A DNA stretch of 64,000 nucleotides from Methylococcales bacterium (lineage in GTDB: Bacteria; Pseudomonadota; Gammaproteobacteria; Methylococcales; Methylomonadaceae): NCBI GenBank assembly GCA_030693155.1, contig JAUYBJ010000057.1:10275-74274 (forward strand), written 5' to 3'. Of this stretch, positions 26,196 through 35,422 are shown one piece after another. Every line of letters begins with the position of its first letter. The stretch's first letter is position 1. The translations under genes were made by a program, and so were the position numbers. The notes beneath the pieces were generated by a model. That model did no database searches and was not told the DNA's origin. It was given only the letters and a program-made list of their open reading frames with translations.

Positions 26196-28869
26196 AGTTG
26201 TGAGTCAGCTTGCGACTGATATAGAGCAAGGTCTTACCGATGAAGCTGTTACCACAAGGCTCGCAAGTTACGGAGCCAATAAATTACGAAAAGGTAAGCG
26301 ATTCTCGGCATTCTCCATTTTTATAAGTCAGTTTAAAAGCCTGGTTATTTGGGTTCTTATAGGCGCTGCTGCTGTTTCTGCTTTATTAGGGGAAACTACT
26401 GACGGAATAGCGATTATTGCTATTGTAATTATGAATGCAGTGATTGGTTTTTTCCAGGAGTATCGTGCTGAAAAAGCTGCTGCTGCACTAGCTAATCTTA
26501 CAGCACCTCATTGTCGTGTAATACGAAATGGTCATAGCAATGTAATTGCCTCTACTGAGGTCGTACCGGGCGATATCTTACTGCTTGAGGGGGGAGATCT
26601 GGTTGCTGCGGACGCACGTTTGATAGAAGCGTCTGTGCTTCATGTTAACGAAGCTCCGCTTACTGGCGAATCGCAAGCAGTTGGAAAATTTACTGACACC
26701 CTACCTCCGGCAACGCCATTAGCTGATCGAAAGAATATGATTTTTCTCGGCACTAGCGTAACAGGCGGTACTGGCCGTGCTTTGGTAGTCAATACCGGCA
26801 TGGAGACTGAGCTAGGTCATATCGCAAAACTTCTTGAAACAGCTGAAAGTGGCAAAACTCCATTACAACATCGGCTCGACCGAGTGGGACGCGCTCTGTT
26901 ATGGGCTTGCTTGGGCATTGTCGTATTGATTTTCGGGCTTGGATTATTAAGGGGTATCGAGCCATTTGAGTTGTTCTTGAGTGCCGTGAGTCTTGCGGTA
27001 GCAGCTATTCCTGAAGGATTGCCAGCTGTAGTGACTGTAGCTCTAGCTCTAGGTGTGCAACGCATGATACGACGCAATGCATTAGTTCGTCATTTGCCGT
27101 CTGTAGAAACGCTGGGGTGCGCTGAGGTTATTTGTACAGACAAAACCGGCACATTAACCTTAGGGGAAATGACTGCCCGTAAACTCATTACTTCAGGGAG
27201 CCTGTATCGTCTGAGCGGTGAAGGCTATTCTACTGAAGGCGCATTTTTTGTAGGTAACACAGAAACTCTATCAACGGATAGCCCTGAGCTTTTTGCCCTA
27301 CTACGCGCTTCGGCAGCCTGTAATGATGCTGAGTTGACTCTCATAGATAACCAGCCTGGAGTGATTGGCGACCCTACTGAAGGAGCACTTCTGGTGGCAG
27401 CTGCAAAAGGCAATATTACCCGTGAGTCTATCGAGGCTGATATGCCACGAATTGCTACCGTGCCTTTTGACTCTGACCGTAAACGTATGACTATCATACG
27501 TCTAGTGGATAATCAGTCCTGGGCATTCGTCAAAGGTGCACCTGAGGTTATTCTTAGTCGTTGCACAATGATACGCACTAGTCATGGCGTGAGGGAGTTG
27601 ACCGAAGATGACCGTATCAGGCTAACTGAGGCCAATACCTTGCTCGCGAATGATGCTTTACGTGTCCTTGCAGTTGCTGAACGCTCATTGGATGGTATCG
27701 ATTTTGACAGGAGTGCGTCTCTGAATGATACAGAGATTGAAGCCGAGTTAGTGCTTTTAGGGCTGGTGGGTTTGCAAGATCCTCCGCGTGCTGAGGCAAA
27801 AGAGGCGGTAGCCAAGTGTATACGCGCTGGCATCAAGACGGTGATGATCACCGGCGACCATCCAGATACGGCACGAGCCATTGGTAATGAACTTGGTATT
27901 TTGAATAAAGGCGATACAGTTCTAATAGGTGCCGAACTTGACTCTCTTGATGACGAGGCACTCAAGGAGCGGGTTTCCCAAGTCTCGGTTTATGCGCGTG
28001 TGACAGCCGAACATAAGCTTCGTATTGTGCGTGCCTGGAAAGCTCGGGGAGTTGTTGTCGCAATGACCGGGGATGGGGTTAATGACGCTCCAGCAATCAA
28101 GGAGGCCTCTATTGGCATAGCGATGGGTATTACCGGTACCGAAGTAACTAAAGGTGCCGCCGCCATCATTGTCACGGATGACAACTTTGCATCGATTGTC
28201 GCTGCTGTTGAAGAAGGCCGTGGCATATATGACAACATCGTTAAAACATTAGAGTATTTGCTGGCAGGTAATGCAGGTGAACTTATTGTGATGTTAACAG
28301 CAATTATTTTGGGTTGGCCACTGCCGTTGCTGCCTCTACATCTTCTTTGGATTAATCTGGTGACAGATGGTTTGCCAGCGCTTGCTTTGGCTACCGATCC
28401 GATTGATCGAGGTGTACTGAACCGCCCACCAAGACGCTCGCAATCCGAGTTGCTTAACCTTGACTTCCTGAAAAGAACGCTCTTTGCAGGGTTTCTGACA
28501 GCCGCAGTTACCCTTGGAGTGTTCTTTTATGAGTTCAAGATCGTTGGTAGCGGTCTTGATCAGGCGCGAGATGCTGCTTTTACTGCGCTTGTGATTACCG
28601 AATTACTGCGCGCGTTCGGGGCTCGGAGTGAAGAGCGGACTGTCTGGCAGATGGGGCTGTTCTCCAATATGCGGTTATTCTTAATAGTAGCAGTAAGCTT
28701 TGGATTGCAGCTTGCGATACACCATGTGCCTACCTTTCAAACCTTGTTCCAGATTGAACCTGTTACTTTGCATCAATGTGTTTCCTGGTTTGCAGTTGGA
28801 TTCATACCCTTGATCATTTTGGAATTGAAAAAAGTGATTCGTATGCGAGCATCTGGAATTCGTTCATGA
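26164..28869 (+). CDS. P2-type cation-translocating ATPase (Ca2+/Mg2+-like)
   Basis: DKTGTLT, IPEGLPAVVT (TM4 PEGL), [17 protein letters not shown]. 901 aa. Overlaps the 3' end of the HD-GYP gene. Confidence 0.85.
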   Translation: MSSWHQQSIPEVVSQLATDIEQGLTDEAVTTRLASYGANKLRKGKRFSAFSIFISQFKSLVIWVLIGAAAVSALLGETTDGIAIIAIVIMNAVIGFFQEYRAEKAAAALANLTAPHCRVIRNGHSNVIASTEVVPGDILLLEGGDLVAADARLIEASVLHVNEAPLTGESQAVGKFTDTLPPATPLADRKNMIFLGTSVTGGTGRALVVNTGMETELGHIAKLLETAESGKTPLQHRLDRVGRALLWACLGIVVLIFGLGLLRGIEPFELFLSAVSLAVAAIPEGLPAVVTVALALGVQRMIRRNALVRHLPSVETLGCAEVICTDKTGTLTLGEMTARKLITSGSLYRLSGEGYSTEGAFFVGNTETLSTDSPELFALLRASAACNDAELTLIDNQPGVIGDPTEGALLVAAAKGNITRESIEADMPRIATVPFDSDRKRMTIIRLVDNQSWAFVKGAPEVILSRCTMIRTSHGVRELTEDDRIRLTEANTLLANDALRVLAVAERSLDGIDFDRSASLNDTEIEAELVLLGLVGLQDPPRAEAKEAVAKCIRAGIKTVMITGDHPDTARAIGNELGILNKGDTVLIGAELDSLDDEALKERVSQVSVYARVTAEHKLRIVRAWKARGVVVAMTGDGVNDAPAIKEASIGIAMGITGTEVTKGAAAIIVTDDNFASIVAAVEEGRGIYDNIVKTLEYLLAGNAGELIVMLTAIILGWPLPLLPLHLLWINLVTDGLPALALATDPIDRGVLNRPPRRSQSELLNLDFLKRTLFAGFLTAAVTLGVFFYEFKIVGSGLDQARDAAFTALVITELLRAFGARSEERTVWQMGLFSNMRLFLIVAVSFGLQLAIHHVPTFQTLFQIEPVTLHQCVSWFAVGFIPLIILELKKVIRMRASGIRS

Positions 28870-28942
28870 TGAGTTTTTGTGCGCTATATGTTTTATTAGC
28901 TGTAAGTGATTTTTGACAGAGTTAACCATTAATGAGATTGCT

Positions 28943-29704
28943 ATGAATAAACAAAAATACGATGTAACTCGCGACCCCGTTTGCCTGATGACAATTAATC
29001 CCCGCCATGCAGAAGCAATGACCGAATACAAGGGGCAAGCTTATTATTTCTGTTCGGAAGGCTGCCGCCAGAAGTTTTTATCCCATCCTGATATTTTCAT
29101 TGATAAAGCACCTGGTATGAGATTAACAGTGGGAGTGATGGGCTCTGCGAGCGGGGAATTTGCGGCTGATATCAAAGTGCTGGTCTATGCCTTGGGTCAG
29201 GATATTGCAGATCGAGGATTCGTATTGATCACTGGCGCTTGTCCCGGGCTCCCTTACGAATGCGCTCGTGGCACAAGAAGTAAGGGTGGATTATCCATGG
29301 GAATATCACCGGCACTTAGCCTTGATGAGCATGTACATAAATATTCCTCGCCAGCAGATGTCTTTGATGTGATTATCTACACAGGTAGTGGGCTAATGGG
29401 ACGAGAAGTCATCAATATTCGTTCAAGTGACATGGTTGTAATCGTGGGTGGAAGCTCCGGAACGTTAGGTGAGTTCGCAATCGCCTATGACGAGGGAAAG
29501 ATAATAGGTGTGCTTGAAGGCAGTGGTGGTATCACGACACAATTGCCCCAATTGGTCACCAGTTTTGGCAAGAACACAGGTGCTCAAGTGATTTATGAGT
29601 CTGATCCCCATCTGCTTATTAGTAAGCTGGCTGAGGCATATACAAGTCATCACTACAAGCGCCCCTCCTGTTTCTGTGATGATTCCCATGCCAGTGTTGG
29701 TTAA
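28943..29704 (+). CDS. YHS-domain / SLOG (LOG-like, TIGR00725-type) fusion protein
   Basis: N-terminus DPVCLMTI…YKGQAYYFCSEGCRQKF (YHS/TRASH). Body VGVMGSASG…LITGACPGLP…GGSSGTLGEFAIAY (LOG/SLOG Rossmann pattern). Confidence 0.6.
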   Translation: MNKQKYDVTRDPVCLMTINPRHAEAMTEYKGQAYYFCSEGCRQKFLSHPDIFIDKAPGMRLTVGVMGSASGEFAADIKVLVYALGQDIADRGFVLITGACPGLPYECARGTRSKGGLSMGISPALSLDEHVHKYSSPADVFDVIIYTGSGLMGREVINIRSSDMVVIVGGSSGTLGEFAIAYDEGKIIGVLEGSGGITTQLPQLVTSFGKNTGAQVIYESDPHLLISKLAEAYTSHHYKRPSCFCDDSHASVG

Positions 29705-29764
29705 CCTTTTAAGTTATGCACGACTGAAACTATTAGATGTCGAATTAATTAAAGGAGTGTAAAC

Positions 29765-30049
29765 ATGGACAAATTAAATCCTTGGCGAGTTGGTAGCGCG
29801 ACTGCATTAACAGCAGCGATGATCAATTTGATATGTGCAATCGCAGTTTATATGTATCCAGTGGCAACGGTCAGTTTTGTCAGCTCCTGGGCACATGGCT
29901 TTAATCTGAATATTCTACTCAGCAAGACTCCATTAACCTTTGATGGAATTGCTGATGGCATATTCAATGTAACACTGACAGGATTTCTGATCGGTATGCT
30001 GTTCGCCTTATTTTATAACTTAGTGGGATTCTGCCCAAAATGCCGTTAG
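29765..30049 (+). CDS. Small membrane protein (DUF5676-like), copy 1
   Basis: 94 aa with 2-3 TM segments, ending in CPKC. Related by eye to 47206-47457. Both lie just upstream of YHS-type P1B ATPase genes. Confidence 0.45.
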   Translation: MDKLNPWRVGSATALTAAMINLICAIAVYMYPVATVSFVSSWAHGFNLNILLSKTPLTFDGIADGIFNVTLTGFLIGMLFALFYNLVGFCPKCR

Positions 30050-30070
30050 CAATTTTTGAAGGGAACTATC

Positions 30071-32401
30071 ATGGCAATTGATCCAGTATGTGGAATGAAC
30101 GTAGAAGAAAAATCAGCGGCAGGTAATGTTGTACATTCGGGGACGACATATTATTTCTGCTCCCCCAAATGCCAGCATGAGTTCGAAGCTAATCCAGCCA
30201 AGTACGCAGGAATTGGCAAAGCAGCTCACAGCCATAATCATGCTCAACACCATGACCACGGCATGACCGAGGCAAAAACATCAAAAGCAGCTGGAGAAAA
30301 GGCTAAAGACCCTATCTGCGGCATGATGGTAGACAAATCCTCAGCGCTAAAAACCGAGCGTGCCGGAAGAGCCTACTATTTTTGCAGCGTAGGTTGTCAG
30401 CGCACCTTTGAGTCGCCGGAGCAGGAACTAAAATCCATGCGTACCCGTGTCATGATCGCGATGTCGGGCGTGCTGGTGCTGGCTGTCATGCGTGCTGCGG
30501 TATTCCTTGGGCTCGCCGGCGGTGCGATGACGTTGAGCTGGGTGCCTGTTGACGCGCTACCATGGTTTACCTGGGGAGTATGGATGATGATACTGGTCAC
30601 ACCGGTGCAATTCATCGGTGGCTGGGGCTTCTACAAAGGGGCATGGAACGCGATTCGCGCCCGCAATATCAACATGGATTTCCTGATAGCACTCGGCACC
30701 TCGGTCGCCTACTTCTATAGCGTCGCAGTAGTGTTCTTCCCTAATGTATTGCCAGTAGAGGTAGATCAGCGGCAATCCTACTTTGAAGTATCAGCTGTTA
30801 TCATCGCCTTCGTATTGCTTGGAAAGTACATGGAGGAAATTATCAAAAAACGTTCTTCAGCAGCAGTGCGCAAGCTGCTGGATCTCAAACCTGCGACCGC
30901 ACATGTCATCCGCGATGGTCAGGAGATGGAAGTGCCCGCAGAAAGTGTGATGATGGATGAGATTATCGTGGTGCGCCCTGGCGAGAAAGTTCCAGCCGAT
31001 GGCGTAGTATTTGAAGGCAGCTCCTCAGTCGATGAGGCTATGCTCACTGGCGAATCCATGCCGGTGGAAAAATCACCAGGCAGCGCAGTAATCGGTGGAA
31101 CTATCAATCGTACCGGTTTGTTCCGCTTCAAGACGACGCGAGTCGGTGCGGAAACCGCGCTCGCACAAATCATCAAACTGGTGGAAGAAGCGCAGGCTTC
31201 CAGCGCCCCTATCCAGCGCCTCGCCGACCAAGTGGCCAGTTATTTTGTTCCCACAGTGGTGCTGGTTGCGTTTGCCGCTTTTGTGGGTTGGTGGTTGATG
31301 GGTAATTTTCCACAGGCACTGATGGCATTCATCGCGGTGTTGATTATCGCCTGCCCATGTGCACTCGGCATCGCCACCCCGGCAGCGCTGATGGTGGGCG
31401 TAGGCAAGGGAGCAGAGGCCGGTATACTGATTCGTGGGGCCGAGGTGCTGGAGCGCGCAGAAAAGCTTACCACAGTGGTGTTCGATAAGACCGGGACGCT
31501 CACCCGTGGTGAGCCTAATGTCACAGATATCATTGCTATTGGCAATCAGCCGGAGGCAGACATTCTGCGTGCCGCCGCCGCAGTGGAGGTCGGTTCGGAG
31601 CATCCGCTTGGCGAAGCAATCGTGCGTGCCGCGCAACACCGCGAACTCATTTTACCTAAGGTGGAAAACTTCGAAGCCATTCCCGGTCATGGCATCCGCG
31701 GCAACGTTGATGGCATGGTCACGCTTCTCGGCAACCGTAGGCTGTTCGAACGAGAGGGTATTGATACCAAGGCTGCGGAAGAAATCATGGCAAAGCTGGA
31801 AGCTCAGGGGAAGACTGCGATGCTGGTCGGTCTTGAGGGCGCTCTTGCCGGTGTCTTAGCTGTAGCTGACACCCTCAAGCCAGAGGCCAAAGATGCTATC
31901 GCTGAGCTTATGAAAGAAAATGTGGAAGTCATCATGCTGACTGGTGACAATCGTCGCACCGCCGAAGCTATTGCTAAAGAACTAGGTATTAAGCACGTCA
32001 TTGCTGAAGTGCTACCCTCAGATAAGGCTAAAGTCATTCAGGATTTACAGAAACAAGGTAAATCAGTCGCCATGGTTGGCGATGGCGTCAACGACGCGCC
32101 TGCGCTGGCAGTTGCCGAAATCGGTATCGCACTTGGTTCCGGATCTGATGTAGCTAAGGAAACCGGCGGCATCGTTCTCATCAAGAATGATGTGCGCGAC
32201 GTAGTAGCGAGCATACGTCTGTCACGCGCCACCATGCGCAAGATTAAGCAGAACTTGTTCTGGGCTTTTATCTACAACGCTATTGGTGTGCCAATTGCGG
32301 CATTCGGCTTTCTTAACCCCATTATCGCGGCAGCAGCGATGGCGTTGAGTTCATTGTCAGTGATTGTGAATTCAGCGTTACTTAAACGAGCCAAGCTTTG
32401 A
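30071..32401 (+). CDS. copA: Cu(I)/Ag(I)-type P1B ATPase with two N-terminal YHS/TRASH domains
   Basis: DPVCGMNV and [11 protein letters not shown] ([12 protein letters not shown]), [19 protein letters not shown]7 YN and TM8 MALSS motifs. Confidence 0.85.
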   Translation: MAIDPVCGMNVEEKSAAGNVVHSGTTYYFCSPKCQHEFEANPAKYAGIGKAAHSHNHAQHHDHGMTEAKTSKAAGEKAKDPICGMMVDKSSALKTERAGRAYYFCSVGCQRTFESPEQELKSMRTRVMIAMSGVLVLAVMRAAVFLGLAGGAMTLSWVPVDALPWFTWGVWMMILVTPVQFIGGWGFYKGAWNAIRARNINMDFLIALGTSVAYFYSVAVVFFPNVLPVEVDQRQSYFEVSAVIIAFVLLGKYMEEIIKKRSSAAVRKLLDLKPATAHVIRDGQEMEVPAESVMMDEIIVVRPGEKVPADGVVFEGSSSVDEAMLTGESMPVEKSPGSAVIGGTINRTGLFRFKTTRVGAETALAQIIKLVEEAQASSAPIQRLADQVASYFVPTVVLVAFAAFVGWWLMGNFPQALMAFIAVLIIACPCALGIATPAALMVGVGKGAEAGILIRGAEVLERAEKLTTVVFDKTGTLTRGEPNVTDIIAIGNQPEADILRAAAAVEVGSEHPLGEAIVRAAQHRELILPKVENFEAIPGHGIRGNVDGMVTLLGNRRLFEREGIDTKAAEEIMAKLEAQGKTAMLVGLEGALAGVLAVADTLKPEAKDAIAELMKENVEVIMLTGDNRRTAEAIAKELGIKHVIAEVLPSDKAKVIQDLQKQGKSVAMVGDGVNDAPALAVAEIGIALGSGSDVAKETGGIVLIKNDVRDVVASIRLSRATMRKIKQNLFWAFIYNAIGVPIAAFGFLNPIIAAAAMALSSLSVIVNSALLKRAKL

Positions 32402-32469
32402 ATCTATGATTAATTAAAAGTTAATGATAGGTGTTGTTGATTCCGCTTACATCATGAAAGGAGACTGAG

Positions 32470-33099
32470 ATGTACTATTTTTTGATTCCACTCCTAATAG
32501 GCTTTGTGTTTGCAGGCTATAGCGCGTTTACAGCTGCCTTTTCTCGTTCGTGGGGTGTAAATGGTGGTCGGCTGGTTACCAGCCTGTTGCGTAATATGTT
32601 AGGTATACCGCTCTACGGTTATGGCCTTGTGCTTGCCTGGTGTGAAACTTCAACCTTGATATTCAATTTGGGTGCTATAGGGCAAGGATTAGGCTGGCTT
32701 TTGGTAATCGCAGGTGCCGTACCAATCATTGTAGGTCATTTGCAGCTTGGATGGCGTACACATATGCCTTCTATAAATGATTCACTGATGGATAAAGGAC
32801 TTTACGCTTATGTTCGGCATCCTATATATGCCGGCGGTCTGATTGTTTTTATTGGACTTGCATTAGTGCATTTCACCGCACCATGGTTAATGGCATCTAT
32901 CCTGTCCATCATGTTTTTTACAGTGATGGCTAAGTTAGAAGAAGTTGATTTGTTGCAGCGGATGCCAAAATATAGTGATTACATGATTCGAGTGCCAGGT
33001 TTTCTGCCGATCTTTGCGAATGATACCCTCAGCCGATGGGTGTGGATATGTCCAGCATTAGGATTGATATTAGCAACGTTGGTATTTTATATGTGGTGA
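32470..33099 (+). CDS. ICMT/PEMT-family membrane methyltransferase-like protein
   Basis: YAYVRHPIYAGGLIVF motif. Multi-TM. Confidence 0.6.
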   Translation: MYYFLIPLLIGFVFAGYSAFTAAFSRSWGVNGGRLVTSLLRNMLGIPLYGYGLVLAWCETSTLIFNLGAIGQGLGWLLVIAGAVPIIVGHLQLGWRTHMPSINDSLMDKGLYAYVRHPIYAGGLIVFIGLALVHFTAPWLMASILSIMFFTVMAKLEEVDLLQRMPKYSDYMIRVPGFLPIFANDTLSRWVWICPALGLILATLVFYMW

Positions 33100-33224
33100 T
33101 TTACCTTATGGACATCATTTGTCGGCGCACTGATGCTTGTATGTCCAAGCATCATTTTATGGGGATTGGCAACCTTACGAAACTAACAACTATTACACCT
33201 AACTGCATATGAAGGGGTAGCATC

Positions 33225-33449
33225 ATGAACGACGAGCATGAAACGAAACATCTTTCCAGAGGGCAATGGGTATTCTATGGATTTCTGATATTTGCCGGAT
33301 TGCTACTCTTCACAGAACACCGCGCCCATGTTCTTGGTTTTCTGCCTTACTTGATTTTGCTTGCTTGCCCTTTGATGCATTTATTCATGCACCATGGGCA
33401 TGGTGGCCACAATCATCATCATGAAACAAAAGAGGGAGAACAAAAATGA
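33225..33449 (+). CDS. DUF2933-like small membrane protein with His-rich tail
   Basis: …[25 protein letters not shown]. Overlaps the next gene (ATGA). Confidence 0.6.
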   Translation: MNDEHETKHLSRGQWVFYGFLIFAGLLLFTEHRAHVLGFLPYLILLACPLMHLFMHHGHGGHNHHHETKEGEQK

Positions 33450-34084
33450 ATGCACCATCTTCTGATTATGGCTTGTGGCCACTGGTCATCATTAACTCTC
33501 TAGTATTCATCATCTTCGCTTTTAGTTTTGCCAAACCACAGAGTAAGCGTGACTGGCGAACATTCAGTGCGTTTTCAGCATTCCTGGTAGCGTTATTTGT
33601 TGAGATGTACGGCTTCCCACTAACCATCTATCTTTTGTCTGGCTGGCTTACAAGTCATATTCCTGGAATCGACCCATATTCACATAATGCAGGACATTTA
33701 CTAGAAGATCTGTTTGGCTGGGGCGGCAATCCGCACTTTGGCCCATTCCACTTACTCAGCAACGCCCTGATTATTGCTGGTTTCTTTTTGCTCTCTGGTG
33801 CTTGGCGCGTGTTGTACAATGCTCAACGCAAACATAGGCTAGCTACGACTGGACCATATGCACGTATTCGTCATCCACAATATGCTGCGTTCGTGATGAT
33901 CATGTTTGGATTCTTACTACAATGGCCAACGATAGTAACATTGCTAATGTTCCCGATTTTGACCTACATGTACACCCGGCTGGCTAGAATCGAAGAGAAA
34001 GAAGCTTATGCTGAGTTTGCCGAGGAGTATTCGAAATATGCTGCTAATACACCAGCATTCTTTCCGCGGCTCCGGCAAGGTTGA
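33446..34084 (+). CDS. ICMT-family membrane methyltransferase-like protein (second copy)
   Basis: [18 protein letters not shown] motif. Translationally coupled to the DUF2933-like gene. Confidence 0.6.
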   Translation: MNAPSSDYGLWPLVIINSLVFIIFAFSFAKPQSKRDWRTFSAFSAFLVALFVEMYGFPLTIYLLSGWLTSHIPGIDPYSHNAGHLLEDLFGWGGNPHFGPFHLLSNALIIAGFFLLSGAWRVLYNAQRKHRLATTGPYARIRHPQYAAFVMIMFGFLLQWPTIVTLLMFPILTYMYTRLARIEEKEAYAEFAEEYSKYAANTPAFFPRLRQG

Positions 34085-34199
34085 ATCTCCACTAGTTTAC
34101 TAAACGCCTTTGAGAGCTGTAATTCCTATTAGCAAGCTTAATGATATGTGAGAATTAAAAAAATTAATGCCATAGGTAAAACTATTGATTAATCTACTA

Positions 34200-34769
34200 T
34201 TACACAATTTTTATCTGAGACACATGATCGATAGCATGCAAAGCTCCAGTTAGCAGGGCTTGTTCGCTTTTTAACATATTTTCCCATGCTGCATTCCCAT
34301 CTTTTGCAGCCTTGTGAAGATGAACAAAATTGCGTACTTCATGCATCGCTTTTACAGCGAGCCAAATATCGGCAACCTCAGGTCTTGGAGCACCATTTTG
34401 TTCCCAAGCTTTAATAACATTTCCAAATGTTCTTCGACGTGGTTCATCATTCAAAGGATAAGCTTTTGCTTCTGCAAGTACACGAAGTGCAGCTTCAATA
34501 ATTGATGCTGCAATTAGAACAGCTGCTTTAACTGCAGCGGCTCGTACTGACAAGCCAAGCTCATATACGTAAGTTGGATTAGCGAGCCGACCGGCTTCAG
34601 TATGACGAAGATTTTCAAGCATATAAAGGTGAAAGTTTAAATATTGTTCTTCAGCAGCAATCGAATATCTAATGTCTTCATCAGGAATGTGTTGCCACTT
34701 AAATGTAGCAACTGGTTTCAATGACGGGATTGTGAAGGTTGGATTAATAAAGTAAAAATCTGCTGCCAT
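34200..34769 (-). CDS. Hypothetical protein with possible HEPN-like Rx4-6H motif
   Basis: AT-rich ORF isolated between higher-GC modules. …KAMHEVRNFVHLHKAAKDG… in an all-helical-looking sequence. Confidence 0.3.
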   Translation of the reverse strand: MAADFYFINPTFTIPSLKPVATFKWQHIPDEDIRYSIAAEEQYLNFHLYMLENLRHTEAGRLANPTYVYELGLSVRAAAVKAAVLIAASIIEAALRVLAEAKAYPLNDEPRRRTFGNVIKAWEQNGAPRPEVADIWLAVKAMHEVRNFVHLHKAAKDGNAAWENMLKSEQALLTGALHAIDHVSQIKIV

Positions 34770-35075
34770 GGTTAGTGCCTAATAGATATTAATAATGTGT
34801 ATTTGTATACTAATGCTTGGCATTATAAATTGATGACGATTTAACAATTTATTTAATAAGGACGGCAATAAAATGGTTCATGAAACTGACGAATTAAGAA
34901 ACCCCAATAATATCCATGATCCTGTCCCCAGAACTGAAAACCTCGTTATGGACTACCCACACTCACTGACACTGACATTATATCGGTGCTAACTTATATC
35001 AATAGTAAGTGGTCTACTGAGAAGAGGGCAATCCAGAAACGCATACAGTAAGAACTCAGTTCCAACCACAGTAAT

Positions 35076-35270
35076 TTATAACGCTGGTTGATAGCCACCA
35101 TCGGTCATGGCCTTGATAATAGTAGCTTCAGGAATTGCTGTTTCTACTCTAACCATTTTGGTAGATATGTCAGCATCTATCGTGGCTGCATCATCAACTT
35201 TTTTGATTGCGTTCGTAATATTTCTTACACAACCACCGCAACTCATTTTGGGAATATGAAATTGATACAT
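35076..35270 (-). CDS. copZ: CopZ-like heavy-metal-associated (HMA) chaperone
   Basis: 64 aa, MSCGGC metal-binding loop. Confidence 0.8.
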   Translation of the reverse strand: MYQFHIPKMSCGGCVRNITNAIKKVDDAATIDADISTKMVRVETAIPEATIIKAMTDGGYQPAL

Positions 35271-35313
35271 AGCAAGCGTCCTTTTAAAAATGATAGAAGC
35301 CTTAACAATAAAA

Positions 35314-35330
35314 CTTCCAACTGTTGGAAG
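35314..35330. promoter_or_regulatory. MerR/CueR-type operator in the copZ promoter
   Basis: Perfect dyad CTTCCAAC-T-GTTGGAAG. On the minus strand it reads TTGACC-(19 nt)-TATTGT. Confidence 0.6.
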
Positions 35331-35359
35331 GTCAAATAAAAAATTAATTCATTATGGGC

Positions 35360-35390
35360 TTTACCTTACCATCATTGGAATCTTTACCAT
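35360..35390 (+). promoter_or_regulatory. Putative MerR-type promoter of the copA-like gene at 35423
   Basis: TTTACC-(19 nt)-TACCAT. The spacer contains CTTACCATCATTGGAAT, which is related to the two better dyads. Confidence 0.4.
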
Positions 35391-35422
35391 GGGATCTCAT
35401 CATTCAATAAAAGAGGTGATTC

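Noticed and set aside
31073-31639. Long antisense or alternative-frame ORFs inside the ATPase, RND, oxidase and reductase genes (for example 31073-31639, 48614-49060, 52020-52520, 58842-59489, 17853-18224).
   Set aside because: They are embedded in strongly supported genes with clear catalytic motifs. Their Arg/Ser/Pro/Ala-rich, motif-free translations are typical shadow ORFs of higher-GC coding DNA.
33097-33099. Selenocysteine recoding at the in-frame TGA of the ICMT-like gene.
   Set aside because: No SECIS-like hairpin is evident immediately downstream, and the family is not known to use Sec. A nonsense mutation is the simpler explanation (reported as a low-interest finding).
34771-35075. 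Search for the distal Tn7-like end in the AT-rich gaps (34.1-35.1, 50.3-51.0, 60.5-61.7 kb), for example GCAATAAAATGGTTCATGAAACTGA at about 34863.
   Set aside because: It has only a loose resemblance to the GATAAAGTCT…CATG repeats. It is in the wrong orientation for a left end, it is single-copy, and there is no terminal …ACA. It is not convincing.
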